Below, piece by piece: positions 24,684 through 37,354 of a stretch of 64,000 nucleotides of DNA (position 1 is its first letter; each line of letters starts with the position of its first letter). The translations under genes and the position numbers were made by a program. The stretch is taken from the NCBI GenBank assembly GCA_030295235.1, contig AP026124.1, positions 1,860,001 through 1,924,000 of the forward strand, given 5' to 3'. Origin of the DNA: Fistulifera solaris (lineage: Eukaryota). The notes beneath the pieces were generated by a model. It worked only from the letters and a program-made list of their open reading frames with translations. It ran no database searches and was not told the origin of the DNA.

Positions 24684-25261
24684 CATAACTCAACCTTCAC
24701 AATTTGCGTCGAGTGATTCTTGACAGAAGAAGAACGCTTTTTTGACTGAAGGTAGGAGCCGCGAGAAATTCAACGAGCATTTGTAAGGAAGAGATTGCAA
24801 ATGCAGCAAGAATGTGATAACAACTCTATCGAGGTTAGATCTACTCCAAGAATAATCGGCGTTCTTGACTGGACTTTAGGTCCAGTTCGTTTTCATACAA
24901 AGTAGTGACCGTCATTTTCTGGTGAATTTGATTGCGGATCGTCATCTCCCTATAGAAGGATATTTTTGTGCTCGATAATACCTGACTTGGTAAGCCAAAC
25001 TTGTTGATTGATTTTATTACGGAGTACAAGACATTTATATTGACCAGCATTTGCAAATTCAATCGCGGTTGCGTACAATAATCACCAAATTAAGGATCCA
25101 AGAGCCAGCCTATTGCCTAACCACAATTCGATCTGCTATTTTGGTAAGCAAACTTTGTTTTCATAGCAATACAATAGCTTTCGTCGGCACTTGCAATGCA
25201 TTCCTTTACTTGCTTACGTCGAAATCCTTGCGGGAGTGTTGTCTTCCGTATTTACTTGTAC

Positions 25262-25325
25262 TATGGCCCAAAGTGTTGTTCGTTTTTCGCTACGACTGCT
25301 TTTCAGTCATGAATCATCACGATCT
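25262..25325 (+). repeat. Copy of repeat family B
   Basis: tatggcccaaagtgtt...tacgactgcttttcagtcatgaatcat matches the copy at ~9987-10045. Confidence 0.7.
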
Positions 25326-25456
25326 TTCCCTGTGAGCTGGGCACCACTTTTTGACTTCACCACAATAACCAAATCATATTCATTCTTGTACTTATCTTTG
25401 GCCGCAAAGTACGGAGTAATAGTTGTTCTTGACAATCCCAAGGTATTTACTATAAT

Positions 25457-25921
25457 ATGGGTTTTACCAAGGAAGTCATTCGCCAAGGAAACGGGCAAAA
25501 GCCTCAGCGCGGACAGACCGTAACGGTACGTTCCGCGCGTTTCAGACAATACGGTGGGGTTGTTACGGGTAGTTTTCCCCCTCCTTGAGGTTTCTGCTAT
25601 CGCGTATTACTTATTCTCGTTCTCCTATCTTATCCCGCTCTCGTACGAAAGGTACATTGCACCGGCTATGGCAAGGACCGCGACTTGTCGAAGAAGTTCT
25701 GGTCGACGAAAGATCCAGGGCAAGAGCCATTTTCATTCAAAGTTGGCATGGGACAAGTCATCAAAGGTTGGGACGAAAGTGTTATTGATATGAGCTTGGG
25801 CGAGATCGCGAAAATTCATTGTTCTCCGGATTATGCGTACGGGGCCGATGGCTTTCCTGCTTGGGGAATCATGCAAAACAGCGAGTTGATCTTTGAAATT
25901 GAAGTCTTACAGTATTCCTAA
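25457..25921 (+). CDS. FKBP12: FKBP12 peptidyl-prolyl isomerase (exons 25457-25525, 25652-25921)
   Basis: MGFTKEVIRQGNGQKPQRGQTVT|VHCTGYG...FSFKVGMGQVIKGWDE...PDYAYG...LIFEIEVL; 112 aa after splicing. Confidence 0.95.
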
Positions 25922-25970
25922 ATCGACCTCTATTTATGCTAAGCAATGCTTAAATACGATATTTGATTTC

Positions 25971-28419
25971 TTAAATATCCTGCCACAGAAATAGCTTACC
26001 ATCAGCTCCACCGGTGAACAACCACGGCTGAGTAGGGTGGAACACGTTGGCCAAGACGCCCAACTTATTCGTAACACTGTGTCCGCGTAAGATCTTGACC
26101 GGCACAATGAGTGGGTTTCGCATCAAATCGCTGTAGACCATGCTGTGGAATACATGGACCGTTCCATCATCCGAGGCACTGGCCATGAGAGGATAGCGAT
26201 GGTGATATCGGCAGGAACGAATGGCGCGTTCGTGATACTTTAATGTTTTAAAGGGAGTCGCGCTCAAATCAAGATCAAACCAAACCACACGACGATCCAG
26301 ACTGCCCACGATTAGATGATCTCCCGATGGGTGAATATCCAAAGATGAGATCCAGCGGCAACCCGACATGAGACGCTTAATCATACTTTGTTTTACCAGA
26401 TGATAGACTCGTACATGTTGCTGACTTGCGACGAACAGGAAAGGCTTGTTGGGATGGAAGCAAGCCAGTTGCGTTTCACCTTTCGCCTTGCTAAAGGGCT
26501 GTTGGGATATACCCTTGCTTAGCTGATGGATCAACACAGCAGCAGCACCAGCTTTGGACTAATGGAAACAAAGTAGTCGCCCTTGGCCTGCCATCGGACA
26601 CTCGCCACGTCTCGGGAAGTAAGCAAAACACAAATAGGTCCTGCGCTACCTTTCTTGGCAGCTGCACTGAGCGGTTGTTCGCCTCGTGTGGCGTCATCTT
26701 TCACGGGATGCCATTGAACTGTTTTACCAGCTTTGGCGTTGCTGACATTACCGCCTTGTAGCGCTGCCGCAAGTAATGCTTGGGTCAGATCGGCATTTGT
26801 ACGACTTGCTGTACCTGTCGCAACAACTACGACAAACAATCCAACGGTAGCCAGTAGACAATGATGCTCCGGATTAGGATTCCATTCCACGCAAACCACA
26901 GGGCGCGTCGCGGGTTCTTCTTCTTCTGCTTTGTCCACTTCGAAACCAGCCACCAAAGAAGAGAGATCCCAGCTACGTAGCAATCGACCAGTCTGCACTT
27001 CCCAGATGCGAAGATACCCATCCGATGCTCCACTTGCCATGTACTGACCATCTGGACTGGCGCTGATCGAGCGGATTGCTGGAGCTGTCTCGCCATCAAA
27101 GGGAGTGACATACTCCACGCATTTCGCAGTCGGAAAAGGTTTCAGATCGCTGGCACGAGGTAACTTAGGGACCAGACTCTCCGGATCGATATTCAAGCGG
27201 CGCTTCATGACACGAGGACAAAGATAGAGATCCAAGCAGCGTTCAAATGCTTCGCGGACGGAGTGCTCGTATGCTCCAACAGAGCGCAAGTTCGGATACT
27301 TCTTCGGTATAAGAAGACCATGTGGTCTATCTTGAGGCTCCATATCTTTCCATTCTTCGAGTTCTTTCTCGGTAGGAAGATACTCATCCGGTGGAATGTA
27401 ACTCTCTGCATGACCCGGCGGAGGTAGCTTGGGTGCAGCAATATGTTGCGGTCCCTTTCGCATGTTGAGTAAATCCTCATCATCTGCAGCCCAAATTGTG
27501 AATGGCAAATTCGGATCAGACTTTTTATTCGCGTCGTTCATGTCTCGTATTTTTCCGGTCAAGTAATCCATATTGATGTCACCACGCTCCAATTTCTCAA
27601 GAAGCTTGTCGACTTGCATCTTTTCGTATTGGTTTGGCTGGAAGTGTGATTTTGGCTTGTAGCGATCAGCGTTCAATCCTGATACTTCCTTATCAACACC
27701 CGAAAAGTAGTCGATGTAATCCGGGTTGGCGTCGTGCTCGGGGTGGGCGAATGCACCAGCGCGAACACGTCGAATCAGTTCCAGCTGACGAGCTGAGAGT
27801 TCGACATTACGATCATTCAAAGCGTCATGAACAACAAACTTCCCCTTGGCAATATTATCTTGCTGAGCTAAAGCTTGATCAATAAGATCGCCTGATTCTC
27901 CCAAACTGGCTGATTTTCCGATTTTCTTTCCATGCGCGTCATAACCGATGTGATCAAATTCATCGTACCAATGAAGAGGGACTCGTCCGATACGGTTACC
28001 GGTTCCGTCAGGATCGTCTTCATCCGAAGAAAGATCGTCTGTATGAATAAACTCCGCAGCTTTTTCTCCTCCGTTAACGGTTCGCTTTGCAGTTCTTTCT
28101 TTTTCCAAGCTCGAGGAGCCTTTTCATATGCCACCGCTATTTCGTCGTCCGAATCGTCGTCATTTTTCTGCTTTTCCAGTAGATCCTCATCTTCGTCTGA
28201 AGATCCCTGATCTTCAAAATCATCGTCACTCTCTTCGCTTTCGTTAGCATTTCCATAATGCAGCCCATCCTCCGAATCATAGACGCTGTCCTCCTCATCT
28301 TCCTCGTCGTCGTCATCGTCATCCGATGACGAAGCTACGGCCTCAAGGTCGGGTGAATCATCATCCTCATCATCACGAGCAGCTACTTTTTCATTTTTCT
28401 TTGTTCCTTTCCTTGCCAT
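25971..28419 (-). CDS. BOP1: Ribosome biogenesis protein BOP1/ERB1 (frameshifts ~28105, ~26550)
   Basis: NRIGRVPLHWYDEFDHIGYD, PPGHAESY, FERCLDLYLCPR, WD40 C-terminus ending FHPTQPWLFTGGADG. Confidence 0.95.
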
Positions 28420-29320
28420 TATTGAGTTAGGTTAACGCTGAACAAGATATATTCACGACAACCATGGAATGGAGAATAATTTGTTGGGTCGACGAGAAAT
28501 TCGAGAAATTCGATGGGTGGTTCATTCTTCGAATTGGTCATGAGCCACGAAGAACAATTCCTCGACTATGGTTAGGTTACTGTTGTTGTTCGTCAGTCGT
28601 CAGTTGCAAGGAGTTCCTCGTTCGTTAGTTCGTCAGTCGTCATGGAAGCTCGACAAATTTGAAGATTTGAAGACTATCCTCTTTACAAGAGTACCGGTAC
28701 GGTACGGTACCGTACCTGTACCTGGTACCTGTACAATACGTAGTAGCAAAACCGTGAGTTGACCAAGAACCAAGACTCAACATTCAACCTTCAACATCCA
28801 GTGAGAAACCGAATTGACAGAATGCTGTAGTCAACGAGCAGCTGTGAAATCATAAGTCATAAGTCGTTTTAGACGTCATCTTTTATGTCTTACGTCTTAA
28901 TTGTTTCGTTTCAATGGCTAAATTTCAATGCTAGCCACCAGCCACCAGCCACCTCTGGTTTCTACTTTCCACTTTACACTTCACCTAACCTTCAATACTG
29001 TCATGTACTTAATGCCCTCTAAAGAGTGATAACAACTTCTAGATTTGTCAGCGGAAGAGACAGCAGGTTTTTGAATCTCACAGATTCACAACTATATGCA
29101 TGAACTGTGGCCGACCACGAAAGTCTTGACAGTGTTTTCGGTTCTCGTCGTGCTTTTTCGGGAGACCGTGCCCCATGCCAAGCGTTTGTTGCACTGTCGT
29201 TACGTTAAACTGTCCAACCTACTCTCAGATTAAGGAAAACGAAAGAATCACTACAAACAGAATCACTCCATTTCAATTCATTGATTAGAAACAAGACGTT
29301 ATATTTATTTGATTATCGAC

Positions 29321-30199
29321 ATGTCACTACGTCACAAAACAGGCAAACGAAGGAGAACGATGGTGACTGCGCTGGTTTTCGATCACGATGAGGAGTCGAG
29401 TTGTGAGCTTGCGAACGATGCTGTTCCGGATCTTGTTCATGATTCGGATAGCAGTAGCTGCAGCAGCTTTTCTCCTGTCAAGTCGTCACTAACGCGTATA
29501 GCTTCAGTGGCGAGCCGTGATGATGAATTACTACGGATCATCCGCGATGCAGCTGATGCACGTGATGATAGCTGTGCAAAGAAGGATACATGCTCCGAAC
29601 CCTACCACCGTGCCAAACAAGTATCGTGGGGAACGCTGAATATCAAAATGTATCCCATCATATGCGGCGATCATCCGGACTGCGTACATGGACCCCCGCT
29701 AACGATAGCATGGGATCATGTCGCGGAAGTCACCAAATCCATAGATGAGGTTGAATTGAAACGCTCCAGTCCATCCAGTCCAGCAACACGTCTCAACTGG
29801 CTCGCTCGTCGTCAGCTCGTTCGAAGCCTTGGTGCTACGTATGAAGACATTGATGAAGCCCAGAAAGAATCTCGGCGATGCCGGTTGCAGCGCGAAGCGA
29901 CTCTGGCGCGCCTACGATTTCATGATTGGCGAGAAAAAAGTCTTTCGGCGACTCGGGCGCACATTTCATGTCAAAGCCTAAAAAAGCTCAAGGAACAAAC
30001 GAAGTGCATATTGAACATAGAATACACAAAGCAAACAATTGTTTTATATGATAGAAAAAGTTATGCATCATCGATACACGTCTTGCATCTCGAACTAATT
30101 CTCACCTACATTACTCAACTAAAGCGCTCTAGAACAAATTGCGGAGAAGTAAGACTATCTAGACTGGTACAACTAATTGCTGTTGATCAAATGATGTGA
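29321..30199 (+). CDS. Hypothetical protein of a family I recall as widespread in diatoms
   Basis: VSWGTLNIKMYPIICGDHPDCVHGPPLTIAWDH...SIDEVE motif; true stop may be ~29981 if the A-run at 29935 is frameshifted. Confidence 0.55.
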   Translation: MSLRHKTGKRRRTMVTALVFDHDEESSCELANDAVPDLVHDSDSSSCSSFSPVKSSLTRIASVASRDDELLRIIRDAADARDDSCAKKDTCSEPYHRAKQVSWGTLNIKMYPIICGDHPDCVHGPPLTIAWDHVAEVTKSIDEVELKRSSPSSPATRLNWLARRQLVRSLGATYEDIDEAQKESRRCRLQREATLARLRFHDWREKSLSATRAHISCQSLKKLKEQTKCILNIEYTKQTIVLYDRKSYASSIHVLHLELILTYITQLKRSRTNCGEVRLSRLVQLIAVDQMM

Positions 30200-31173
30200 A
30201 GCGCGCGTCAATCGATGATTGATGATATCAGCGTTCGAGAGAGACCAGGGTAACAGTGACGAGTACAAGGTACAAGGTACAACATCATCTTGTCGTCTTA
30301 TCACGCGAGAGAAAGAAGCGGTATCCACCAAATCATGTAGGAAAGAATCAAGCTTACGGATCGCAATCACTGCATAATTTCCTTTTCGAGGAAGAATGGA
30401 ATGTGAGTAACTAGATACAGGATGTTCCGCCGTTATGACTCGATCAATTCTCAATCAAGGAAGCAAACATTTGCGTTCTGACGAAAAGTCATGAGAATCA
30501 GCCTTAAGGACAGCGAGACGAGTGAATCGACTGGACCAGCAAAACGCCAGTGTGGGGTCAAACACTCGTACATTTTGTTCTTCCAAAGTGTCTGGGCGTT
30601 GCAGTTACGGGTTTCTATTTTGTGATCAACAGAGGTCCTGAACGCAATGATCTTTGGAGTCTATTCTTTTTTTTCCAGTCAAAGAGCTGCACGTACCAAA
30701 CCAATTGTGAAATCGAGAGAAGGGATCGTATTATCTATGAGTCAACTTTATACCGTCACTATTGGTGCACGCGATCCTTTTTTTTCATCTTTTTTTAAGG
30801 GAAGAGGCGTTGAAGCCTATTGCCACACCGAAGAGTCTTCACTTTTACTCTGACATCCGCTTGCAGATGGATTTTCATGGATCCTCTTATGCCATCTTAC
30901 CTGACTGCCCGATGTGGTTTGCAATGATGATGATTGGTTGTCAATTTCCGTCCGGGTGCCTACTCGCTAAGAGATAGTCATAGGGACCGGCGGTGCGACT
31001 CAACTCTTGTCCTGTCATCCGTCCGCTGGACGATGCGGTTTGTGACCCTCCGCATTATCTTGACCACGATGATGATGATGAGCCAAGAGCAATTGTTGTC
31101 ATAGTAGACCATTATTATTCGTTCTGTTCGTTATCTATCAAATACGATCGATTGATTAAATCTAGCCAGCATC

Positions 31174-34100
31174 ATGAGCAAGAAATTCTTTCGACCAGTT
31201 TCGGAAAATTTTGAAGACTCCGATGATGACGATGATGAATCGGACCATTCGAATGACGAGGAATTGGTAGAGGGTGCCCCCAAGCGCAGTGTCAATGCGA
31301 ATCTCAGTGACGATGAAGATGACGACGACGAAGACGATGATGATGAGGAAGAAGAAGACGATGAGGAAGAGGAAGATAAAAATCAAAGGAAACGGAAAGC
31401 GTCTTCCGGAGGTGCCAGAGACAAGAAACGATCGAAAGCCATGTCCTTTTTTGAATTAGAAGCCGAAGCCAGCGACGATGATGACGACGATGATGATGGA
31501 TACACGGGAAAGAATAAAGATGACGAAAACATGGATGCCGAAGCGCAGGAATTGATTCGACAGCAAGATCGCCGTCGTGCGCAAGCGGGGCGATTTGGTG
31601 AACGGTCCGTGGCCGATATTGCTCGAGATCTCGAAGAACGCCACCGCATGCAGAACCGTACGGTGCACCGCTCTCGTATTTTGGATCATCCGTCGAGTGT
31701 ACTGCCTGCGAAGGGAGGGTCTCGACCGACCGCAATGCACCGAGTCTCACAGACGACAGCGGCCGATCTGGCGGAAGAAGCGCCGGAAATGTACACCAAT
31801 GCTGTTGCGCAACAAAGCCTAGTTCCTTCCGTCAAGGATCCGAGCTTCTGGATGGTATCCTGTGCAAACGGAAAGGAGCAGGAGCTTGTCATGCAGCTTA
31901 TGAATAAATGCGTCGCCATGGCCAGACAAGGCAACCCTCTGGGTATTACCGGCGCCATTGCGGCCCAGAGCAAGGGGAAAATTTACGTGGAGAGTTTCAG
32001 TGAACCCGCTGTCATGGAAGCAATACAAGGTGTGAGAGGTTTACTTCAATACACCATGCGCCTTGTACCGATCCAAGACATGACTACCGTTATGACAGTG
32101 GTTTCCAAGAAGAAACCGGTGAAAAAGAATGAATGGGTAAGAATGACACGTGGTCACTACAAAGGAGATTTAGCTTTGGTAAAAGATGTCAAGGAATCCG
32201 GACTCAAATGCATCATTCAATGCATCCCCCGTCTTGACCTTACTCTTTCGGATTTGCCGCCGGAAGAAGCACGTATTCGTCGCAAAACAATCCGTCCTCC
32301 GAAAAAGTTCTTCAATCCACAAGAGCTTGCATCCTTGGGACGACAGAGCCTACGTCGTCAGCGCTTTCCAGGTCTCGATGTGTACTGTGATTATTTCGAG
32401 GGAAACTTTTACCAGGATGGCTACTTACTCAAAGAGATGACGGTGGGATCTATGGTCAAGCCTTGTTCCGACGAAGATCCACCGACTTTGGAAGAGCTTC
32501 AGAGCTTTCAGCGCCGTAAGTCCAAGAAAGAGTCAGAATACGACGACTACGATGATGGTGAAGAGGAGAATGAGGGATCGAAAGTTGCTGCTTCTCTTCT
32601 GGACGAGTTATCTGATCTTCAGGACAAAACAGGTCTTGGAAGCAAGACCTCGGATGGTGGATTAATGATTGGTGATACCGTCGAAGTAATTGAGGGTGAT
32701 CTGATTGGTATGAGAGGAAAATTGATCAGTTTAGACGGGTCGACTGTCAAAATAAAACCACATGCTGCCAATATTGACCTGGGTGGCATGGACGAGGTTG
32801 AATTTTTGATCGGGCAGGTGCGAAAATACATCCCAGTCGGAGCGCACGTGAAGGTCACCGACGGTCGCTACGCAAATGAAACAGGAGTTGTTGTAGCTGT
32901 GGAAAAGTTGGATGGCGAGTCAGATTTCACCGCCGTTGTTTTGACGGATGTTACGAATAAAGAAGTATCGGTTCGCACTTCACAGTTGCGTGAATCAGCG
33001 GAAATCGCATCTGGTCAGGACAGACTGTCGGGCTATGAGCTTTATGATTTGGTCGTATTAAGTGGAGGTGGATCGGCAAATGAAGTCGGTGTAATTGTCA
33101 GAGTCGGAAGAGAAGATTTCACTGTCATTAACAACCATGGTCTGGCTCGTGAAGTACGACCTGAAGAGCTTCGAGGGAAACGAAACTCAACCTCTGTTCG
33201 TGCGGTGGCATTAGATGTCCAAGGGAATCAAATTAGGTGCGGAGATATAGTGAATGTCGCGGAAGGACCTCACAAGGGCAAAGCTGCTACCATCAAGCGC
33301 ATGAGCCGAGCTCAGCTCTTTTGCACTCACAGACACGATCGGAGCATGCTGGTATTTTTGTCGTCCGAAGTCGAAGCTGTGTTCTTTCGGGCTCTAGACA
33401 ACAGAGCAGAGGTTCTGGAATAGATGGGGGTGTAAGTCCCTTTGCTACGCCTCAGTCACAGTCAACACGAGGCCCTGTGGGCGGACGTGGTAACAAAGAT
33501 GATGGACTCATTGGGAAAACGGTTCGGGTGCAGGCAGGTCAGTGGAAAGGCTATATTGGCACTGTGGCTGATACTACAGCAACCCATGTGCAAGTAGAAT
33601 TGCACTCTCGCTTAAAGAAAGTTCTAGTTGTCCGGGAAAAAGTCATTGTTGTGGGTGACAAATTTGGCGCAACGTCTGCTGAATCCCAAGCAATAGATTC
33701 CATGGAATCGAACCATATTTCTCAAGCAATGGCAACACCTATGCACACTGTTGGCGGTGCCACACCTGCTCATGGCTTCGGGGGAGCGACACCTTCCCAC
33801 GAGTCAGGAGTGTCCGACGAAGTGTGGCGCCCTGGAGGAGCTGTCGATCAAGAAGCAATCAAGGACGACGGATGGGGTTCCTCCGCTGCGGACGGAGGCG
33901 TCTCTGACAGCTATCACGACAACGGGACAGTGCATTCAGATATACCGCGAGCCGATGGATGGGGCGCTCCAGCAAACACCGGATGGGGCGCTGCACCGTC
34001 CAATGCTCAAACAAGTGAATCGCAGCCAGCTATTTCACGAGCTCCAGTCAAACACGAGCAAGCAGATGATATGGAAGAGACTCCTGTTTGGTTTATGGAA

Positions 34101-34397
34101 CGAGTTTGGCTCAAGTTGAAGGGTTCTGATGCTATTGCAGTTATCAAAGACATTAATCCGGACAAGTCTGCACTGGTCGAGTTAGAAGATAAGAGTACTC
34201 GAACAATTAGATCAGGTGAGGCAATGATGGTTCCACCAGTAGAACATGACACTGTACTGGTGACGGGTGGCAACGAAATCGGTTTGGAAGGGTCGCTCGT
34301 ATGTATCGATGGAACTGATGCTATTCTCAAGATCATGAACGATCAATTTAAGATCATCGACTTTGTCCATCTGGTAAAAATATCTCCAGACAATTAG
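31174..34397 (+). CDS. SPT5: Transcription elongation factor SPT5 (frameshift ~33320)
   Basis: Acidic N-terminus, NGN domain (PSVKDPSFWMVSC...KGKIYVES), multiple KOW motifs, GGATP repeats. Confidence 0.95.
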
Positions 34398-34457
34398 CAG
34401 ACGAAAAAGATTTATGAACTATAAGTATGCATCGATTCTCGTTACTCGTGTAAGCAC

Positions 34458-36170
34458 CTATGCTTCTTTGACGCTCTTAGCAATTATCTTCTGCATCAAA
34501 AGAAAGTGATCGAAGTGTTCCCATATCTTGGTATGGGCGTACCAGTTGGTCAGCGAGTGCTCGTCCGTTCCGGCCCAAAAGTCCGAATCTTTCCGAACCG
34601 ATGCGTCCAAAATGCATCCGTTTGGACAGGTTCTCCAGCCGGTTGGATGCTCAATGCTAGACTACCCCTACGAACATTGGCGCAGCGAAAGTATACGCAC
34701 CGTTCTGACTCCAGGAAATCCTGAAGTGGGGACGTGCTCCCTTCCTCCACGTCACCGGTGACTGACTTGGCAACTGTGAATAAGGATCGCGAATGATGAG
34801 CGCTAGGAGCGGCAGTTGTCTTTTTCTTGGTCCACTGAATGTTGTGTGTCGAATCGGTAAAGGCTATGGCGCGGAAATGTGTCAGCACTTCTTCCGATTT
34901 GTCCAGTAGATAGCGAGCCATGTGACCACCGGAAGCCGAATGAGATACGACGTAAAGACCGGTCGCGTGCAAACAATCCTTCATTTTTTGATAGTAATAA
35001 TCCATGGATTTCGTGAAGGTAACAAAACCATTCGTATCACCGTGCACATTCGGATCCAATACAATCACGTGAATGCCTCGAGCTGCTGCTTCCCTGACTA
35101 GGGGAATGGCTGTTGCTGATTCCAGTCCTGAGCACATCAGATGCCTTCGCGAGAAAATACCCGCCCTTACCTTGCCTCGACCGGTTGCAATTAATAGTGT
35201 GGGACGCTCTCGTTCCTCCGCACCCAAAGTACTCTCCTCTTTTGACACTGCATGTCCTCTGCTAACCATCATGCGAATATCCTCTTTCTGACCACTTGTC
35301 GATACTGTCTCTACTGTGAGCCATTCGAGGTCCCCTTCTTGACACATGCAATCCTGTGCGTACTCCTGACACAACCGAGTCACTTCTTCGTACATGTCTC
35401 CGTCAGCACAAAACTGTTTGCGATTTGCTTCAGTGATGAGGATCCCACTGGGGATATGGAAAAGCCGCTGCACGCATTCATGGCATGGAAGTTTGTCACG
35501 AAAAATCACAAGGATGTCTTCTCCGTCATTGTTGGACGAGGTTTGCGAACCAATAGGCTCCGACGTACAGCATGGATCGCTCGGTTGATCTGCAGCGGCT
35601 GTCACGGCCGCAGCAGGGATCTCTTCCTTGTGTCGATCACAAGGGACTAGCCTGTATTCCAAATTCAAAGCCTTCAATCCTTCTTTTCCGTGTAAAAGAC
35701 GGATACGCTCCGTTTGATCCTTTCTCTTTTGATGATGCTCCTCCACCGATTGGCACCCATACAGCAGTACAGCATCTTTCTTTTGAGGAACATGCTGCTT
35801 TTCGTGATGGTTTCTATAGTGAGGATGATGGCGTTGAAACAGAAAATCTTCGACGGTTTTGAAGAAATGTAAAAGCGTTTCCTTTGGTCGGTTTGACCAA
35901 AGAATTATGTTGCCGGTCATCCGTGACCTCATCGTTGTCGTTTGACGAAGGTGGTGGTTCCTCATCTACAGTTGCCATGTTTCTTTCATTCTGCGATGCT
36001 ATTTGTTCGTCTCTTCTTAAAAGACCATCTTTGTTGGGTATGAATTGATCATCATGGAGCGAGACAGTTGGTTCTCGTTCGTGATGAAAGAAATGCATTC
36101 GTTGGAGGCCTCCGTGCCAGGAATTTGCTCTCCGACGGTGCCTTTCCTTCCGTTGCAATGGAGGAGACAT
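34458..36170 (-). CDS. FAM172A/Arb2-domain alpha/beta-hydrolase-like protein (frameshifts ~35960, ~34575)
   Basis: GRGKVRAGIFSRR, VIVLDPN, VVSHSASG, AIAFTDSTH, and in the shifted frame WAGTDEHSLTN. Confidence 0.75.
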
Positions 36171-36771
36171 GGCATGTTTGGTTAAAAATTTTCTATCCGA
36201 CGACGATGGCGCTTCGGAGATGATAGCGAGGGTATTTCATGAGGCGTCGGCTGTTCCGCGAACATTTTCGATTCGACTCTGGCCCCGGAATTGGTTATTT
36301 CACCCGTGTTTCCATTCTCGTGACGTTGACCAGCAGCGGCTTTGTGATGAAGCAAGCGCATGATTGCAAAGCTCCTCTATTGCTTATTTCAAAGATAAAA
36401 AATGGTCCAGATAAGTCTCTTGGCGCTGTGGTTGTTGCTCATTCATTCACATCCACAGCAACGAAAACGTCGAGAAAACCGAAGCCCTGCATCAATTATT
36501 TCGGCGTATTCGGGTCAGTCACGAGTTTCGAGTACCGCAAGCGGGAATCTCTTGTAAAAAGAGGACCGGTACCGGTAGTGGTGAGGTTTCAGGCTATTGT
36601 TCCGATAAACTATTTCAGTTTTGGCAATTACTGACTACCAGGTACAATATTCATAAAATTGTAGTAACAAACCAAAAAGGCACATTTCATCGGATCTATA
36701 AGTATCGTTGTTGTTATTCCGCGGTTTTGGAACCGCTCAAAGACTCTGTCAACAGCGGCATCGGTAGTATG

Positions 36772-37150
36772 AAAACATCAAATCCCCAGATTTTCTGTGC
36801 ACCTGAAGACACCACTCGCCCAGATTTAAAGCACCACTACCCCAGATTTTCTGTGTGTGTGATATGAGCTCGTCCCCAGATTTCTGTGCACGTGAAGAAA
36901 AAATGGCTAGAATTTGTTAACTTACATCCTATCCCTACAAGAGAACCGAATCCCTAATACAAGTTGGAGAAACACAACTGACCCATTGGAAGTGGACGTG
37001 GACAGTGGATTAGATTAAATCCACCGACTGCCAGCTCCTAGTCACCTGAAAACAATACCCTCCCAGATTTTCTGTGACCTTGAGATTACAACATCCCCAG
37101 ATTTTCTGAGGACGTGAAGACAACAAATACCCAGATTTTCTGTGGACGTA
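36772..37150 (-). repeat. Second array of repeat family A, inverted, with a ~130-bp interruption
   Basis: Repeated cccagattttctgtgcac(c/g)tgaagac(a/c)..., the reverse complement of the unit at 6190-6822. Confidence 0.85.
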
Positions 37151-37354
37151 TTTTTGATTTCCTTTTCATTGGCGTCCGTCATCGTGTCCGTCTCGTCTGT
37201 ATTTTTGGTACCAGTAGCGCACTTCGAGGTTGCTCCTCCCTCCACTCAAAAAAAGTTCTTGAGATTTCTTAATTGTTATCGTGGTACGCGTATTTGTTTT
37301 CCATCCATTACTCGATCACTTTTTGTTACCATTCACAACTCTTCTTTCGTGAAA

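Noticed and set aside
30965..30985. taagagatagtcatag resembling the antisense of LSU rRNA
   Set aside because: Interrupted match with no adjacent D box or H/ACA structure
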